Shown here one piece after another: positions 4,980 through 6,403 of a stretch of 6,403 nucleotides of DNA. The first letter of the stretch is position 1. Each line of letters begins with the position of its first letter. Source of the stretch: a virus; IMG/VR virus record IMGVR_UViG_3300035492_000278, positions 1-6,403 of that record. One strand, 5' to 3'. The translations under genes and the position numbers were made by a program. The notes under the pieces were generated by a model. That model saw only the letters and a list, made by a program, of their open reading frames with translations. It searched no databases and had not been told where the DNA came from.

Positions 4980-5745
4980 CCGGCAGGTTCCACCAAGCAC
5001 GCTCGAGACGGTGAGCCATGGACAGGCCGCCAACGCCGTAGAGCCGCGCGCCTTTCGGCATCACGTCGTCAGTCCCTTTCGACGCATATTTGGCCAAATA
5101 TCCGACCGCGTTCCGTGCACGTTCGGTGCGAGTCATGCCGTGGGGCCACCAGCCGCGACGATCAGCTTTCGGCATGGAGAGACCACGACCAGCAGGGTGC
5201 CAGAATAGGCAATGGTAATGAGGACGCCCGGCCTTGGTCAGCTCCAGAACCCAGACGTAACGGACCACATGCCCCTTCCGTTTGTACCACTGCCGAACGC
5301 GCCGAATGTACTCGGAAACATGCTCAGGCTGCCAATCGACACCAGGCCGATAGGTCAGCGTGACCATGAGCGCGTGGTGCTGGCGATTTTGCATCGCCCT
5401 GGAGTGCATGCGAGCCGTCGTGATGACGTTTTTTTTCAGACGGCGCAGGCGCATCGCCTGATGGTCAATCTCGATGGCGTTTTCGTCAACAGGCCACGTT
5501 TTGGTTGGAATGCTGCAACCCCACTCATGAGGCTGCGGTACTCCTGTTTCACAGCTCGGCCGCTGACATATCGTGGGCGTTTTTTTAACGGGCGTTCCAG
5601 TTGTTTTTATATGGACAAGCCCGCGCCCTGCGGGCGCTTGCGCCGCTGCGCGGCTGATCGCGTCAGCCCGACGATTAGCAACATATTGACGGAGTTGATC
5701 GCGCGACAGGAAATCGAGCGGAGAAAGCGGGGGAATGTAAGACAC
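4762..5745 (-). CDS. HUH-superfamily rolling-circle replication initiator (gene II analogue), up to 327 aa
   Basis: Motif 1 is ALMVTLTY, motif 2 is PHYHCLFW (HUH), and motif 3 is YLAKYASK (a two-tyrosine Y-x2-K-Y-x2-K, as in the phiX174 gpA-type YVAKYVNK). The longest ORF starts at GTG 5745 without a clear SD. An in-frame ATG at 5454 (MRLRRLKK...) is an alternative start. Confidence 0.85.
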   Translation of the reverse strand: MSYIPPLSPLDFLSRDQLRQYVANRRADAISRAAAQAPAGRGLVHIKTTGTPVKKTPTICQRPSCETGVPQPHEWGCSIPTKTWPVDENAIEIDHQAMRLRRLKKNVITTARMHSRAMQNRQHHALMVTLTYRPGVDWQPEHVSEYIRRVRQWYKRKGHVVRYVWVLELTKAGRPHYHCLFWHPAGRGLSMPKADRRGWWPHGMTRTERARNAVGYLAKYASKGTDDVMPKGARLYGVGGLSMAHRLERAWWNLPVTVRRWGFPADRWRRASGGGWVCRATGEHRDPCWRVILHGYRVFVVPRQQPMRSPFDELLSSLACPWQRMPI

Positions 5746-5817
5746 AAGTGCGGTTCCGTTGCAAGTAGGCCTTGCACCGACCGCCGTTCCTATCTATCCT
5801 GCGTCTTGTCTAGAGAG

Positions 5818-5855
5818 CGCGCTATCTGCTGGGAACGGGGTGGCGCGTTTTTTTT
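5818..5855 (+). terminator. Plus-strand intrinsic-terminator-like element (10-bp stem, T8)
   Basis: 5818-5827 pairs with 5838-5847 (CGCGC/GCGCG core plus A-T and three G-U pairs) around a 10-nt loop, followed directly by T8 at 5848-5855. Confidence 0.45.
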
Positions 5856-6046
5856 CGTCCCGAGAAAACTACTCGCACGGAGTAGAAAAGGCAACCCGCG
5901 CCGAAACCGCGGAACTATCGTGACCTGCCCGTCGGAGGGGCTGACAGTCCGGGAGAGCGGCAGAGAGACGCCCGGAGCGGCCCCATTTAGGAGGATCGGG
6001 GCGCGGGTTGAGTTGGTGGCAGGACAGTAGAGCGAGGACCGCGAAC

Positions 6047-6084
6047 AGCCCCTGGCGAGCCGTTGAGGCCGTCGGGGCTTTTTT
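6047..6084 (+). terminator. Plus-strand intrinsic terminator (about 13-bp GC-rich stem, T6)
   Basis: AGCCCC (6047-6052) pairs with GGGGCT (6074-6079). The stem is extended by GGCG/CGTC (with one G-U) and GCC/GGC around the loop gttga, then the T-run 6079-6084. Confidence 0.55.
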
Positions 6085-6202
6085 CGTTGAGGGGAAATCG
6101 GCCGCTACGCGGGTATCGTCGCTGGAACCGCGAGGCAATCAGTCCAGAGCGTGCAGGCGACTAATCGCCGCAAGCGGCGAGGTCGAGGCCACCGTCAATT
6201 CT

Positions 6203-6298
6203 CGTTACGTTGCATTATATCTATCGGGCCGGGGCGGTCGATCAGAATATACAATAAATTTCCGTTACGTTACGCCGGCCTATTTATCGTTACGTAAC
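6203..6298. repeat. Array of three exact CGTTACGT copies (6203-6210, 6263-6270, 6288-6295). The third lies within the perfect 10-bp palindrome GTTACGTAAC (6289-6298); candidate operator/iteron set
   Basis: Exact 8-mers within 93 bp of AT-rich DNA directly upstream of the plus-strand module. The palindrome abuts the TATAAT box. Confidence 0.6.
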
Positions 6299-6403
6299 TA
6301 TAATTAATCCATACCTAGCCGGGATGGAGTAACCGACATGACCAACGAAGAACGCCAGTTCCACCTACGGATGGCAGAGAACATCGAAGCACGCGCGAAC
6401 GCC
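6297..6403. repeat. Terminal redundancy copy 2 (identical to 1-107). It contains a duplicate of the first 66 nt of the 42-209 CDS at 6338-6403
   Basis: Exact match to 1-107. This is the signature of a circular molecule linearised with overlap, not a biological LTR. Confidence 0.95.
6299..6304 (+). promoter_or_regulatory. Putative -10 box TATAAT for the 42-209 / 206-784 operon (same bases as 3-8)
   Basis: Perfect sigma70 -10 consensus 38 nt upstream of ATG 42. There is no good -35 (TTTCCG/TTTATC at best), so the site may be activator- or extended-context dependent. Confidence 0.4.

Larger units (their letters stand above)
5746..6202. other. Large GC-rich, highly structured intergenic region; candidate replication origin(s), packaging signal and rep promoter
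   Basis: No convincing ORF. Stem-loops found by eye: TGCAAG/CTTGCA at 5760-5776, CTACTC/GAGTAG at 5869-5885, compound GGGGC..TCCGGG / CCCGGA..GCCCC at 5937-5984, and TCGCCG-caag-CGGCGA at 6165-6180. By analogy with the Ff intergenic region. No nick site could be identified. Confidence 0.5.
1..6296 (-). mobile_element. Complete circular filamentous-phage (Inoviridae-like) genome or replicative form, unit length 6,296 bp; the backbone genes are on the window minus strand
   Basis: Canonical inovirus gene order on the minus strand: Rep, ssDNA-binding protein, two tiny hydrophobic ORFs, 44-aa coat, terminator, pIII-like, pVI-like, Zot/pI ATPase. The exact 107-bp terminal redundancy shows the sequence closes on itself. 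Confidence 0.85.

Noticed and set aside
5429-5586. A7/A8 tracts in rep as programmed frameshift sites producing an alternative protein
   Set aside because: No alternative minus-strand reading frame of meaningful length is open downstream of either tract, so slippage would only truncate. This is kept only as a minor note under the Rep N-terminus finding.
5212-6030. 272-aa plus-strand ORF antisense to rep and running into the intergenic region (also 4831-5208 and 5115-5363)
   Set aside because: It has no SD and no recognisable motifs. It reads straight through the hairpin+T8 element at 5818-5855 and is the shadow frame of a strongly supported gene.
5869-6138. 89-aa minus-strand ORF upstream of rep
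   Set aside because: It has a TTG start without an SD. It spans the compound hairpins of the intergenic region, and its low-complexity Ala/Pro/Ser/Arg content gives no evidence for coding.
6203-6298. The repeat array as a CRISPR or tRNA-like element
   Set aside because: The repeats are only 8-10 bp with irregular 17-52 bp spacing, and no cloverleaf or CRISPR repeat-spacer periodicity is present. They are better explained as protein-binding sites.
6008-6307. 99-aa TTG-initiated plus-strand ORF, downstream of an AGGAGG at 5989-5994
   Set aside because: The spacer is 13 nt to a TTG start. The ORF runs through the terminator hairpin, the repeat array and the putative promoter, and its sequence is Arg/Ser-rich with no fold signature. 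It is most likely non-coding intergenic region.

Overview
This 6,403-nt window is a complete, circularly closed filamentous-phage (Inoviridae-type) genome. Bases 1-107 recur exactly at 6297-6403, so the unit length is 6,296 bp. The minus strand carries the canonical inovirus backbone in order: an HUH rolling-circle Rep (motifs MVTLTY / HYHCLF / YLAKYASK), a 93-aa ssDNA-binding protein, and two tiny hydrophobic proteins (29 and 42 aa, absent from the ORF track). These are followed by a 44-aa major coat protein without a signal peptide, a GC hairpin + T6 terminator, a 466-aa pIII-like adsorption protein, a 112-aa pVI-like protein and a 375-aa Zot/pI P-loop assembly ATPase. No secretin (pIV), integrase or transposase is encoded. 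Three things are not backbone. (i) A plus-strand two-gene module: a 55-aa helical protein, ATGA-coupled to a 192-aa protein with an RGRP AT-hook-like motif, an Arg-rich helix, a coiled coil and an unplaced C-terminal domain. It is preceded by a CGTTACGT repeat array whose last copy forms a perfect palindrome abutting a consensus TATAAT, and it is followed by another copy of the motif. (ii) A plus-strand ribbon-helix-helix gene wedged between rep and the ssDNA-binding gene, about 83% of it embedded antisense in the rep 3' end. Two strong plus-strand intrinsic terminators lie just beyond the rep 5' end. (iii) A 40-aa coat-like ORF hidden between the coat terminator and gene III. The host cannot be determined from sequence alone; a backbone GC of roughly 58-62% by hand count is compatible with a beta/gamma-proteobacterium. 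All functional calls rest on motif and architecture recognition by eye, since no database search was possible.
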